Part shown: piece after piece, positions 47,965 through 59,558 of the stretch | How the letters are laid out: every line of letters starts with the position of its first letter | How positions within the stretch are numbered: position 1 is the first letter of the stretch | Assembly: GCF_001447785.1 (NCBI RefSeq) | Contig: NW_015172065.1 | Location: 208,430 to 272,429, forward strand | DNA: 64,000 nucleotides | Direction: 5' to 3' | From: Gekko japonicus | Taxonomy: Eukaryota | Position numbers and translations under genes: made by a program | Notes under the pieces: generated by a model | The model's database searches: none | Seen by the model: only the letters and a program-made list of their open reading frames with translations | What the model was told of the DNA's origin: nothing

Positions 47965-49609
47965 ACAAGGATGTAAATAGTCTCTCTTGGAGTGCTATGA
48001 CTTTGGCTTGTGGTTCAGTAGTGGGGACATTGAAATAAGAATCTTGTACAGGCTCCCTGTTAGAATATATTCACTGAATAGTGTTAGTATTGGTTTGTGT
48101 GCAACCCACATGCTAAATAACCAAATATAATGTACACAAAACAAGATTGTTTAGCATATATGTAATAAAGCAGCACTGTTTCAAGACTTCAGCAGCAGCC
48201 ACGCTACTGCAGAACTGCAAACTGGCGTTTAGTCTTTACCAGCCTGCCTTGAATCTGTATGCACCTGAGATCACACAGCAAAAAATGTGGATTTCAAATA
48301 TCTCTGAAAGCCTGTAATGCATAGTAAAAGACAAAGTTAAAATCAGCCGCTGAAAAACTGTATGCATATCTTCACTCGCAGTGCTTGCCTGGATAAAAAG
48401 TTCTTGCTTCACAAGGCCACTTGGAGTTCAGAAAAAGGAGTATCAGGAGATTGTTTATATAGCACTGTCTTGAACAGAGTGCAGGCGAATGCAATCCAAG
48501 AGGGGCTTCACCTCCCAGGAGCTTACACTAACTGTTTATATGGGAAAGAACCAAAAGACAGGTAGTGCAACTATCTCACAGCAGGGAAATGTCAGCTGAC
48601 ACACTCTTGATACATGAGGGGGATATAGTCTGTTTAAAAATGTTAAAAGTGAAGTTGTTGGGGGAAGAAGAAAGTGTGAGGATCACCTTTTAAAAAAAAC
48701 ATACTGAAAAATGAGAGCTGCACAGATAAGGTGTACTATTCCTCTAAATTATTTTGAATTGGTTTGGTGTCTTGGTTCCTATGCCTGAGGTTTACAAAGC
48801 TGCCATTAATTTTGTTCTCAAAACACTATCCAGCTTACTAGCTGTCAACTTGGAGATGTAACAATGTATATATATATATAATTTTAACACCCATGCTTGA
48901 GAAAATGGGGTGGGAGTGGTAAAGAATAGCATAGCAAGATACTCTTCGTTCCATTTCTTCCCCCCATGTACTTAGGGTTATCACCAGTTTCTTCTGAGTT
49001 CAGTGTACTTAGCGGCACAGCCTTCTGGCTGAATGATGCATGCGTACCTCATTTGCAGTGCTAAAGATGAAAACAACTTTAAGTTAACTTTTTATCCAGT
49101 TGATTGCTTTTGAAAATGTGTGCATGTGTTTACATCTCCAAGAATAGGAACAGAACTCTCAGATTACTTTGTTTAATAATAACAGCTGCTCCTAATTTTG
49201 TGTTATCTTTAAAAAGCTACATTTTGGAACAAATAGGTCACATGCATTATGTTTGAGGGAAAATGTTTTTAAAAGAGCAAGTTCAGAACCCAGCAGTGCT
49301 TTAGAAAATGCAATTTTTAAAGGTGTACTGATGTTGCTGAAAATGTTGATTCGAGGCAGTGTTTGGAGAAATCCTTTAAAACTTAAGAACATAAGAGACA
49401 ACAATGTTGGATCAGGCCAAAGTTCCATCCAGGCCAACACTGTGTCACACAGTGGCCAGAAATACCAGGTGCCATCAGGAGGTCCACCAGTGGGGACAGG
49501 ACATTAGAAGCCCTCCCACTGTTGACCCCCCCCCAAGCACCAAGAAGACAGAGCATCACTTGCCCCAGAGCCCCTATCTATACCTTGTTGCTAATAGCCA
49601 CTGATGGAC

Positions 49610-52367
49610 CTCTGCTCCATATGCTTATCTAATTCCCTTTTGAAGCCGTCCATGCTTGTAGCCGCCACCACTTCCTGTGGCAGTGAATTCCATGTGTTAA
49701 TCACTCTTTGGGTGAAGAAGTACTTCCTTTTATCCGTTCTAACCCGACCCCTCAGCAATTTCATTGAGTGCCCATGAGTTCTTATATTGTGAGAAAGGGA
49801 GAAAAGTACCTTCCAACCCTTTTATCATTCGAGTTGCCCTTTTCTGTACTTTTTCCAAAGCTATAATATCTTTTTCAAGGTGTGGTGACCAGAACTGCAC
49901 ACAGTATTCCAAATGAGGAAGCACCATTGATTTATATAGGGGCATTATGATATTGGCTGATCTGTTTTCAATACCCTTCCTAATAATCCCCAGCATAGCA
50001 TTGGCCTTTTTTTATTGCAGTCACACACTGTCTCAACATTTTCAGTGAGTTATCTACTACAACTCCAAGATCTCTCTCTTGATCAGTCTCTGCCAGTTCA
50101 GACCCCATCAACGTGTATTTATAGTTAGGATTTTTGGCTCCAATGTGCATCACCTTGCACTTGGCCACATTGAACCCCATTTGCCATGTTGACGCCCACT
50201 CGCCCAACTTTGACAGATCCCTTTGGAGTGCCTCACAATCCTCACTGGTTTTCACCACCCTGAACAACTTCGTATCATCCGCAAATTTAGCCACTTCACT
50301 GCTTACTCCCAACTCCAAATCATTAATGAACAAGTTAAAAAGCAGTGGACCAAGTACTGATCCCTGTGGTACCCCACTGCTTACACCCCTCCACTGGGAG
50401 AACTGCCCATTTATACTCACTCTCTGTTTTCTATTAATTAGCCAGTTTTTGATCCATAAAAGGACTTGTCCTTTTATCCCATGATTTTTGAGCTTGCTTA
50501 GGAGCCTTTGATGAGGAACTTTATCAAAAGCTTTCTGGAAGTCAAGGTAAACAATATCTATTGGATCCCCCTTGTCCACATGTTTGTTCACCCCCTCAAA
50601 GAACATTAACAGGTTAGTGAGACAAGATCTTCCCTTACAGAACCCATGTTGAGTCTGCCTCAATAGGTTTTGTTCATCTATGTGCCTACTAATTCTTTCC
50701 TTAATAATGGTTTCCACCAATTTACCCGGTATCGACGTCAGACTGACAGGCCTGTAATTTCCCGGATCTCCTCTGGAACCCTTTTTAAAGATGGGAGTGA
50801 CATTAGCTACCTTCCAGTCCTCAGGAATGGAGGCTGATTTTAAGGAGAGATTACATATTTTTGTCAGGAGATCCACAAGTTCACAATTGAGTTCTTTCAG
50901 AACTCTTGGATGTATGCCATCTGGGCCTGGTGATTTATCAGTTTTTAAGTTGTTTATCAGTTTTAGGACCTCCTCTCTCGTCACCTCAATCTGACTCAGG
51001 TCTTTCAACACCCCTCCCGAACTCAGCGGCTCTGGAGTGGGCAAGCACCTCTCATCTTCCACAGTGAAGACGGAGGCAAAAAATGCATTTAGCTTCTCAG
51101 CCATTTCCCTATCATCCTTCAGTACTCCTTTTACCCCTTGGTCATCCAAGGGCCCCACTGCCTCCCTGGCTGGTTTCCTGTTTCTAATGTATTTGAAGAA
51201 AGTTTTATTGTTGGTCTTTACATTTTTTGCTATATGCTCCTCATATTCCCTTTTTGCATGCCTGACCACAGACTTGCATTTTATTTGCCATAGCCTGTGT
51301 TCTGTTTTATCAGCCTCACTGTGACTAGCTTTCCACCGCTTAAAGGAATCCTTTTTACCTTTTACAGCTTCCATTACTTTGTTTGTTAACCATGTAGGCT
51401 TTTTCTTATACCTGTTTGTGCCTTTCCTAACCTGCGGAATATATTTTATTTGAGCTTCTAGAATTGTAGTTTTAAACAGTTTCCAAGCTTCCCCAATGGT
51501 TTTGACCCTTTCTACTTTTCCCTTCAGTTTCCTCCCCACATGTCCCCTCATATCAGAAAAATTACCCCTTTTAAAGTTAAAAGTGGTTGTGTGAGTCTTT
51601 TTGGCCAATTCCCTATTTGTACAAATGTTGAACTCAACAACATTATGATCACTGTTCCCAAGCGGTGCAATCACTTTTACATCTCTCACCAGGTCTTGAG
51701 TGTTACTTAGGACCAAATCAAGGATCGCCTCTCCCCTGGTAGGTTCCATGACCATCTGCTCCATAGCACAGTCATTTAGAGTGTCTAGAAACTCAATCTC
51801 TTTCTCTCGACTAGAACACATATTGACCCAATCAATGTGTGGGTAGTTAAAATCACCTATTACGACACAGTGTTTTTGTCTAGCTGCTATCTTTAATTCA
51901 TTCATCATTTTATAATCCTCCTCTATCTTTTGATCCGGTGGGCGATAACAAACTCCCAGTGTTAAGTTTCCTTTTGGCCCCCCTATTTCAACCCACAGAA
52001 CTTCAAGAAGCGAATCCAATTCTCTTAGCCTCTCGATCTTTCTGGACTTTATACCCTCTCTGACATACAGAGCTACCCCACCTCCAACCCTTCCCCCCCT
52101 ATCCTTCCGATATAATATATAACCGGGAATCACCGTATCCCACTGATTTTCCTCATCCCACCAAGTTTCTGAAATACCCACAATGTCTATTTTTCCCTCT
52201 GACACCAAGCACTCCAACTCCCCGATTTTACCTCGGACACTTCGAGCATTTGTATAGAAACAGCTGTAATTTCCCATACTGGTTAAGCCTGCCACCTTCC
52301 TCTTGCAATCTCGAGACCTTGTCAGGCAGTCCATGTCACTAGCCATGGTCTCAGTGGACAATTTCAA
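49610..52367 (-). pseudogene. CR1 ORF2 (endonuclease and reverse transcriptase) with a late frameshift and internal deletion
   Basis: YTNARS, GDFN, SDH (EN); GVPQGSVLGP, FADD (RT). Frame shifts at the A7 run (~50006-50012); thumb-region residues missing at ~49810. Confidence 0.85.
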
Positions 52368-52468
52368 TCCACCTCCCTGTAGAAAAGCAACCGGTACCCC
52401 CTCACCTCTCTCAGATGAGCCAACCCGAACCAGAGACTTTTCATCTCCTGTCGGCTTTCCCCCAATAT

Positions 52469-53377
52469 TCAGTTTAAAAGCTGCTCTGCCACCTTTTTGA
52501 TTTTAAGTGCCAGCAGCCTGGTTCCTTCTCGGGACAAGTGGAGACCGTCTCGCCTGTACAGCTCCCTCTTGTTCCAAAAAGTATCCCAGTGCCTAACAAA
52601 CCTGAACCCTTCCCCTCTACACCATCGTCTCATCCACGCATTGAGACTCCTGATCTGTGCCTGTCTCTCCGGCCCTGCGCGTGGAACAGGTAGCACTTCT
52701 GAGAAGGCTACCTTGGAGGTCCTGGCCTTGAGTTTCCTGCCCAGCAGCCTAAATTTCTCCTCCAGGACCTCACGACTGCATTTCCCCACATCGTTGGTGC
52801 CGACATGCACCACGACCACTGGCTCCTCCCCAGCACTATCTACCAGCCTATCTAAAACACGCGTAATGTCCGCTACCTTCGCACCAGGCAGGCAAGTCAC
52901 CATACGGTCAGTACGCGGGTTCGCCACCCAGCTGTCTACCTGCCTAAGGATCGAATCACCCACTACCAAGAGCCCCCCTCCCACCCTGCCCAGGGATGGT
53001 TCCTTGGTGCAAAAGGATAACCGCTCACCAGCTGGGGAAGAGGTCCCTTCTGAGGGCACATTCCCCTTATCCTCAGCACGGTGCCCTGTTTCCCCTAGAC
53101 CCTCATGCTCCCTGACAGCAGCGGGGCTGCCAGATCCAGAGTGGGACGTAGCTAACAAGTCCCCGAGAGTCTTTTCTGTGTGCCTAGCTGACTGTCTCTG
53201 CTTCTCCAGGTCAGCCACCTTGGCCTCAAGGGAGCACACACGTTCCCTGAGAACCAGGAGCTCCTTGCACCGAGGACACACCCAAGACTTCTGCCCAGTG
53301 GGCAGATAGTCATACATGTGACACTCTGTGCAAAACACTGGATAGCCCCCAACCCCCTGCTGGCATTCTGGCTTCAT
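52469..53377 (-). CDS. CR1 ORF1p, 302 aa, zinc finger/leucine zipper plus SGNH esterase domain
   Basis: MKPECQQ...CTECHMY...CPRC; GDS, LPGA, GTND and DGLH blocks. Confidence 0.85.
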   Translation of the reverse strand: MKPECQQGVGGYPVFCTECHMYDYLPTGQKSWVCPRCKELLVLRERVCSLEAKVADLEKQRQSARHTEKTLGDLLATSHSGSGSPAAVREHEGLGETGHRAEDKGNVPSEGTSSPAGERLSFCTKEPSLGRVGGGLLVVGDSILRQVDSWVANPRTDRMVTCLPGAKVADITRVLDRLVDSAGEEPVVVVHVGTNDVGKCSREVLEEKFRLLGRKLKARTSKVAFSEVLPVPRAGPERQAQIRSLNAWMRRWCRGEGFRFVRHWDTFWNKRELYRRDGLHLSREGTRLLALKIKKVAEQLLN

Positions 53378-53917
53378 AATTCTTTTAAAATAAGTAAATG
53401 TAATCCCCCTTTTAAATCCCTTTGTATTTATGTGTTTTTTTCTTGTCAAAGTCAAATTACTTTATGGGGAAAACAAAGAGCCTAGGGTTTTCACTTTCTG
53501 CCTCTTCTTGGGTGTCTCACAGAGCCCCTAGTCCAAGAGTCCCTGGGCTAAGACCACGGGCAAAGAGCGCCCTTTAGCTTGTCCTTTGGCTCGTGCCAGA
53601 GGCTCGTGCCTCTGTCAAGGTGCTTTCTTAAATACTCACCCCTCTGTCTCCTGCTCCTGCTCAGAGCTCAGCTGGGTCTCCTCTGCCTCTGGCAAGGTGT
53701 TTCCTTAAATAGAGGCCTCCCCCAGCAGAGGGCTGGCAGCAGCTATTCAAATGCACCCAGGCACTCAATCACAGTCAAACAATGCCCTTTCCTCTCCCTC
53801 TCTCAAGCAGCCAGGAATCTGCAAAAACTCCAAGTGCTTCCCCACACTCCCAGACCAGTTCTCCCACCAAAATCCTCAGCTCTCAGCTTCTATCATGACA
53901 AATGTGATAGCCTTGAC

Positions 53918-54123
53918 CAGTGTTCCCTCTAAGCTGAGTTAGTGTGAGCTAGCTCACAGTTTTTTAGCCTCTGGCTCACACATTTTTGTCTTCATTCAGG
54001 AAGGATGGCTCCAGAGTAAACTAATCTATGCAGTACCCAAATTGCTCACTCACAACTTTCATGCCAGTAGCTCACAAAGTACAATTTTTGCTCACAAGAC
54101 TCCACAGCTTGGAGGGAGCATTG
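53918..54123 (+). mobile_element. hAT-type MITE copy 4
   Basis: TIRs as in the other copies; 8-bp TSD gccttgac. Confidence 0.9.
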
Positions 54124-54469
54124 GCCTTGACATGCCTGGAAAACAATTCTAAAGGCCCCTTTTTATCAGATGTTTGGGGAAGCTGCTTCGTATTTGTATG
54201 CTGTCAAAGTGCTCAAATCCAGGAGTCAATTCGTAGAAAAAGAGCTGCAGGAGCTCATTAGCATAACTTATTGGCATATGCCACACCCCCTGACATCACT
54301 GGAAGTGTGCACCAGCCCCTCTGACAGGCAGAAGCACCTCGGATCCATTTCCCCCCCCTCTCCCTTCCCTTCGCCTCCAAGTCGGGCAAAGGAAAAGGGG
54401 AGGGGGAAGATCTCAGGCGCTTCTGCCTGACAGAGGTGCTGGCGTGCCCACAGCCAGCCTGGGTGAATT

Positions 54470-54782
54470 ATAGAATCATAGACTCATAGAGTGGGAAGGG
54501 ACCTCCAGGGTCATCTAGTCCAACCCCCTGCACAATGCAGGAAATTCACCAATACCTGTCACACACCCCAGTGACCCCTGTTCCATGCCCAGAATATGAT
54601 AAAAAAAAAACCCTCCAGGATCACTGTGGGCCAAACTGGCCTGGAGAAAAATTGCTTCCTGGCCCCAAAGTGGCAATCAGCATTTCCCTGGGTGTGTAAG
54701 AAAGGGCCACAAGAACTAAGCACTGATGCAACCCTTCCTGCTCTACCTCTTGTGATTTGCCTAAGTTCACACAATCAGCATT
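54470..54782 (-). mobile_element. CR1 3' fragment nested in the hAT-like element
   Basis: atagaatcatagactcatag octamer tail plus gacctccagggtcatctagtccaac CR1 3' stem. Confidence 0.75.
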
Positions 54783-55400
54783 ATGATCCTTTTAAAGTTG
54801 AAGGCATGATATAAATGCAAAGGACTATTTGTAAGATTATCTGTAAGACACAAGACCAGGACGCATCTCACTTCTGGCAATCACTTGGAGAGACCCTATC
54901 ACTCAGCTTCCATTGCCCCCCCCCCCACACTGGAATAAGAACATAATATCAGGCCACACCACATTGCAATAAAGCCCCTACAACTGTATACAGAAATACT
55001 GAACTTCCCTACCATTTGCCACAACTAGCCCACCACACAACCAGGATCAAGACTCCTAAGTGGACCAACAGACAGGCATACACTCGTTTGAGAAACTGAG
55101 TATTACATTACAACCCCTCTGGAACATTACAGATCAGTAGAGGCAGCACTGCACAGTGGTCAGAGTTGCAGATTGATGTGGAGAGACGCAGGTTTGTATT
55201 CTCACTCTGTTGGCTGAGTGACCCCTGGCCAAATCTCCCCTTCTCTACCTAACCTACCCCACAGGGTTGTTGTGAGGATGAAATGGAGACTCATGGCCAG
55301 GGTCCCCAGCTTCCCTGGCAGGAACACTATGTTAAGAAATCTCTCACAATTATGCAGCCATAGCAGGCAGGAGGTGAATACCTCCAGCACCAGAGACTTG

Positions 55401-55941
55401 NNNNNNNNNNNNNNNNNNNNNNNNNNNNNNNNNNNNNNNNNNNNNNNNNNNNNNNNNNNNNNNNNNNNNNNNNNNNNNNNNNNNNNNNNNNNNNNNNNNN
55501 NNNNNNNNNNNNNNNNNNNNNNNNNNNNNNNNNNNNNNNNNNNNNNNNNNNNNNNNNNNNNNNNNNNNNNNNNNNNNNNNNNNNNNNNNNNNNNNNNNNN
55601 NNNNNNNNNNNNNNNNNNNNNNNNNNNNNNNNNNNNNNNNNNNNNNNNNNNNNNNNNNNNNNNNNNNNNNNNNNNNNNNNNNNNNNNNNNNNNNNNNNNN
55701 NNNNNNNNNNNNNNNNNNNNNNNNNNNNNNNNNNNNNNNNNNNNNNNNNNNNNNNNNNNNNNNNNNNNNNNNNNNNNNNNNNNNNNNNNNNNNNNNNNNN
55801 NNNNNNNNNNNNNNNNNNNNNNNNNNNNNNNNNNNNNNNNNNNNNNNNNNNNNNNNNNNNNNNNNNNNNNNNNNNNNNNNNNNNNNNNNNNNNNNNNNNN
55901 NNNNNNNNNNNNNNNNNNNNNNNNNNNNNNNNNNNNNNNNN
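55401..55941. other. Assembly gap (N run)
   Basis: 541 N; a second short gap lies at 40609-40623. Confidence 1.
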
Positions 55942-56383
55942 GGTGGGGAAAAAAGTTACTTTTTTCCCACCATAGAGAACAATGGAGGGGATAGGGGCAA
56001 CCTGTTTGGGGGCCCGTAGAATTGGACCCCCTGGTCCAATGTTCTTCAAACTTGGTTGGTATCTTGGGGAGAGGCTCCACCAGCTACCCCGTGAGTTTGG
56101 AGCCTCTCCCTCAAACTCCCTCCCCTCCACCCCCCAGAATATACCCTATGCTTTCGCCATTGACTTCAATGGCCCATAGGATATAATGGGGCCAACATTG
56201 ACTTTCGGCTGGCCCCTTTTCAGGCCCGGCGTTCTAGCGCGGAGCCTGAAAAAGGAGGGGAGGGTGGGGTGGGGGGGCGGCGGCTCTGCAGGCCATTTTT
56301 CAGGCCCAGCGCTCCAAGGCGGGGAGGGCAACTCAGCAGTCTCCCCCCCCCCCAGCGGTGGTTGCAGCTGGTGCCGAAAGCGG

Positions 56384-56905
56384 CGGCAGCAGCCATAACT
56401 TTTTAAAGAGCCCCTAAAGACAGCTGGGGGAGTCAGAATGACCTCTCTTGCGAGAGGTGGAATTTGCCCTTACAAGTCCAAGGCCACCCCCACCCCCCGG
56501 GGCTCAGGGAGGCAAGGGAATGTTTTGCCCCGCCCCCCGCGTGGGCGTCGGAGCTGCTGCCGAGAACGATGGCGGCCATAACTTTTGAGAGCTGGGGGAG
56601 CCAGAATGGCCTCTCGCCTGTGCTCGGACATCACACACGAGAGGTGGAATTTGCCCCTACGAGTCCAAGGCCACCACCCCGGGGCTCAGGAAGGCAAGGG
56701 AATGTTTCGCCTCCCCCCTTCCCCCCGTGCGGGCGTCGCAGCTTCCGCCGAGAACAGCTACGGCGGCCATAACGTTTTAAAGAGCCCCTCCCGAGAGCTG
56801 GGGGAGCCAGAATGACCTCTTGGGTGAGAGGTGGAATTTGCCCCTAGGAGTCCAAGGCCACCACCCCGGGGCTTAGTGAGGTGGGGGAACGTTTCGCCCC
56901 CCCCC
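56384..56905 (+). repeat. Three degenerate ~190-bp GC-rich tandem units
   Basis: Repeated ggcggccataac...gagctgggggagccagaatg...gagaggtggaatttgccc...gtccaaggccacc. Confidence 0.8.
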
Positions 56906-57559
56906 CCACCGTGTCCCAACTGATGGCTGGTGGGAACAGGGGGCGGGGCTTATGTGCCTGCGCCCCCTGGGCTCCTGACTGGAACGGAGGCCTGCTCAAA
57001 TCTAAAATTGATTTAAACTGTTATTGTCATGCCCACTGAAGTCATACTGATGTCAATATTTGGCATCTATAGCTTGGTTAATTCAGCTTGTATTCCATGC
57101 TTCCTCTAGCGAGATCAGGTCTTATATTTTAGCTTCATGACAGCCCTGAAGCTAGGTTAGGTGCAACCCACAGCCCCTATTAGCCTTTTTGTGGAGCATT
57201 TGATCTCTGGTTGGCTCAAAACAGTAACCACTACACCACAGTGCAAATCATAGTTTTGTATTTACTTCCTCGTCTTCCCCCCCCCCCCCCCTTCAGCAGC
57301 AGGGTGCAATGCCTATTTTATATTGCCTCGTCCCGATCCTAGAAGAGCTAGGGATACTTGCACGTGCAATGTACTTAAGTATGTGCATGTTTCAAGGGCC
57401 TACTGTTACCTTTTCTTGGCAAGGAAGGTCGGTATGGAACAAACGCAAATTGAGATTGCGTTTATAGTCTCTAAATTTAGGTGGTCTGTACTGATGCCGG
57501 AGAAAAAAGGAATACATTCCGGCATTTCCATTCAGGCTCTACGTAGGGCAGCTGCGGTC

Positions 57560-58300
57560 GGGTCTTGCGGTCTCCAAGGCGCCCTTCAGTGGGTCACAAG
57601 GCAGAGAAGAGGGTTGGTGGGTGTGCACTACGCAGAGAAGACACCGGAACAACTGAACTTGATAGCAGGGAGGCGGGAAAGCAGATGGATGGACATGTCC
57701 CGCCTCCAATAGGACGGCGAGGATAGTAGCCGAGTGTCCAATGGCAGACGCTCTCGGAGGGTCGGTGGGTGGGGCTGGCAGAATTGGCGTGGATGACGGG
57801 ACTGAGGGCTGTAAGGAGCGGGCTTCATGTGGGCTTCGGCGCGAGGGGGCCGGAGGGGAAGCAGGAGAAATTGGGGGCTGGCGGCGCTCCTCCCTCTTCC
57901 CCAGCGCTGGAAAGACCTCCGCCTGGGTCCAGATTCCGGGTAAGGGGCTGCGCTGCGGCCTTTAGCAGCGGTCGGGACCACGCTTCTGGTGAGCTTGTGG
58001 GGTGGCAGCCCTGTCCTGATCGGCCACGAGGAGGGCTACTTGGGGGTCGTCCTGGCTGAGGAATAGCAACGAAAGGGAAGGCCTGCTGGCTCGCTTGGGG
58101 GGGGGGGGTGCGTCCCGTTGTGCTCAGTGCTCCGGGACAGGTGTGCAGAGAGTCCTGATGGACCAGCTTGGTGGTGCCTGGCGGGCTTCCCGGCCCGGTT
58201 CCGTTTCTGTGTGAGCTTACTTGGGGGTAACTCCCACCCAGTCCCCCCCCCCCCCAGTAAGCGTGTTATAGCGCGGTTAGAATTGTAGCCTACCAGTTCT
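57560..58300 (+). promoter_or_regulatory. STARD7 CpG-island promoter and non-coding first exon
   Basis: CpG-rich. E2F-like ggcgggaaa 57672-57680, CCAAT boxes at 57706 and 57738 (32 bp apart), strong donors CGG|gtaagg (57940) and CTG|gtgagc (57989). Confidence 0.75.
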
Positions 58301-58499
58301 TCGAGCCATCAGCTTTTGTGGGCGAGAGGCTCCCCCCTCCTCACGAGATGCACGAAGAGATTAGGTATACTTACAAGATGAAGGAGAGAGGGGTAAATGG
58401 TGAAACAAAAAAAAGTGACAGCAGGAAGTTTCCTTGGTTGCTGTCACATGTTGGGTCTCGTCTCGTTCACCTCCCAGGAAGGTGCCTATTAATATGTAG

Positions 58500-58836
58500 T
58501 ATTAATGGTTAAGACGCTGAACTGCAGGCTGTGGAAGGTCAGTAGTTCAGCAGTTCGAGACCCGGGTGCCGCATGATGGAGTGAGCTCCCATCTCTAGTT
58601 CCAGCTCCTGCCAACCTAGCAGTTCGAAAACAAGACATTGCAAGTAGATAAATAGGTACCACTTCGGTGGGAAGGTAATAGCGTTCCGTGCGCCTTGGTG
58701 TTTTAGTCATGCCGGCCACATGACCACGGAAACGTCTTCGGACAGCGCTGGCTCTTCGGCTTTGAAACGGAGATGAGCACCGCAACCCTAGAGTCGGATT
58801 CGACTGGCTTTCGAGCAAGGGAACCTTTACCTTTAT
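58500..58836 (+). mobile_element. Sauria SINE (near full length)
   Basis: tRNA-like head, caagtagataaataggtaccac core, (ACCTTT)n tail. Confidence 0.85.
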
Positions 58837-59432
58837 AAATAATGCTTGGCAGTTGCAGTATCTTGTTATAATATAATGGTCTTGTCAGGTAGTTTGGTAT
58901 TATTATAACTCGTGTTGTAGTAGTTGCCTTGAATGAGTGGGTGGGTGGGTGTTTCTGGGTTAGCGAAAGGAAGAGTAGATGGTAACTGGACTTGGCCCGG
59001 AGGTTGGCTGTTGCTTATCTCTAACATCAGTAGAGTGCAGTACCTGCTTTTATTAGAAACTAATTTTTGTAAGCATGTAAGTTGCATGTTCTCTCTTGCT
59101 GTGTGTAGATGGGCATGATTCTAGTCTTACTGGCTGTCGGGAAAAGAAACCATGCAAATCCCATGAGATTTGAGTGGGCATTGTCCTCATGTTTTCATAT
59201 TTTGCTTCCTTGGGGCTACAAACTTGCTCCAGTTTAAAAATCAAAATTGAGTTTTGTGCCTAATGCCATGTTTTGTATGCCTGTAGAAGGCTGGTGCACA
59301 AACAAGTAATGAATATGGATTTTGATAGTAAAGGATGGATGCTTCATTTGTGACATAGGAAGGGGGCAGTAGTCATAGTTCAAGGATTTGAATGCCTAGG
59401 AATGAATGTAGATAGAATAGTAGTGTTGTCTT

Positions 59433-59558
59433 ATAAGAACATAAGAAGCCAATGTCGGATCAGGCCAATGGCCCATCCAGTCCAACACTGTCACACAGTG
59501 GCCAAAAATACCAGGTACCATCAGGAGGTCCACCAGTGGGGCCAGGACACTAGAAGCC
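59433..59558 (-). mobile_element. CR1 3'-end fragment, same family as the 49.4-kb element
   Basis: Near-identical to 49384-49513 (taagaacataaga...ggatcaggcc...gacactagaagcc). Confidence 0.85.

Larger units (their letters stand above)
49384..53822 (-). mobile_element. Near full-length CR1 LINE
   Basis: ORF1 (C-x2-C zinc finger, leucine zipper, SGNH esterase), ORF2 (APE endonuclease and RT), 3' tcttatgttctta repeat; 5' end approximate. Confidence 0.95.
54220..56994. mobile_element. ~2.8-kb non-autonomous hAT-like element with nested repeats, spanning an assembly gap
   Basis: CAGG...CCTG termini with weak imperfect TIR; 8-bp TSD ctcaaatc (54212-54219, 56995-57002). Confidence 0.65.

Noticed and set aside
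55202-56130. Long ORFs of 258-292 aa
   Set aside because: Artefacts of translating through the N gap.
56384-56905. Repeat-spacer-like array resembling CRISPR
   Set aside because: Vertebrate DNA, long degenerate units inside a transposon, no unique fixed-length spacers and no cas genes.
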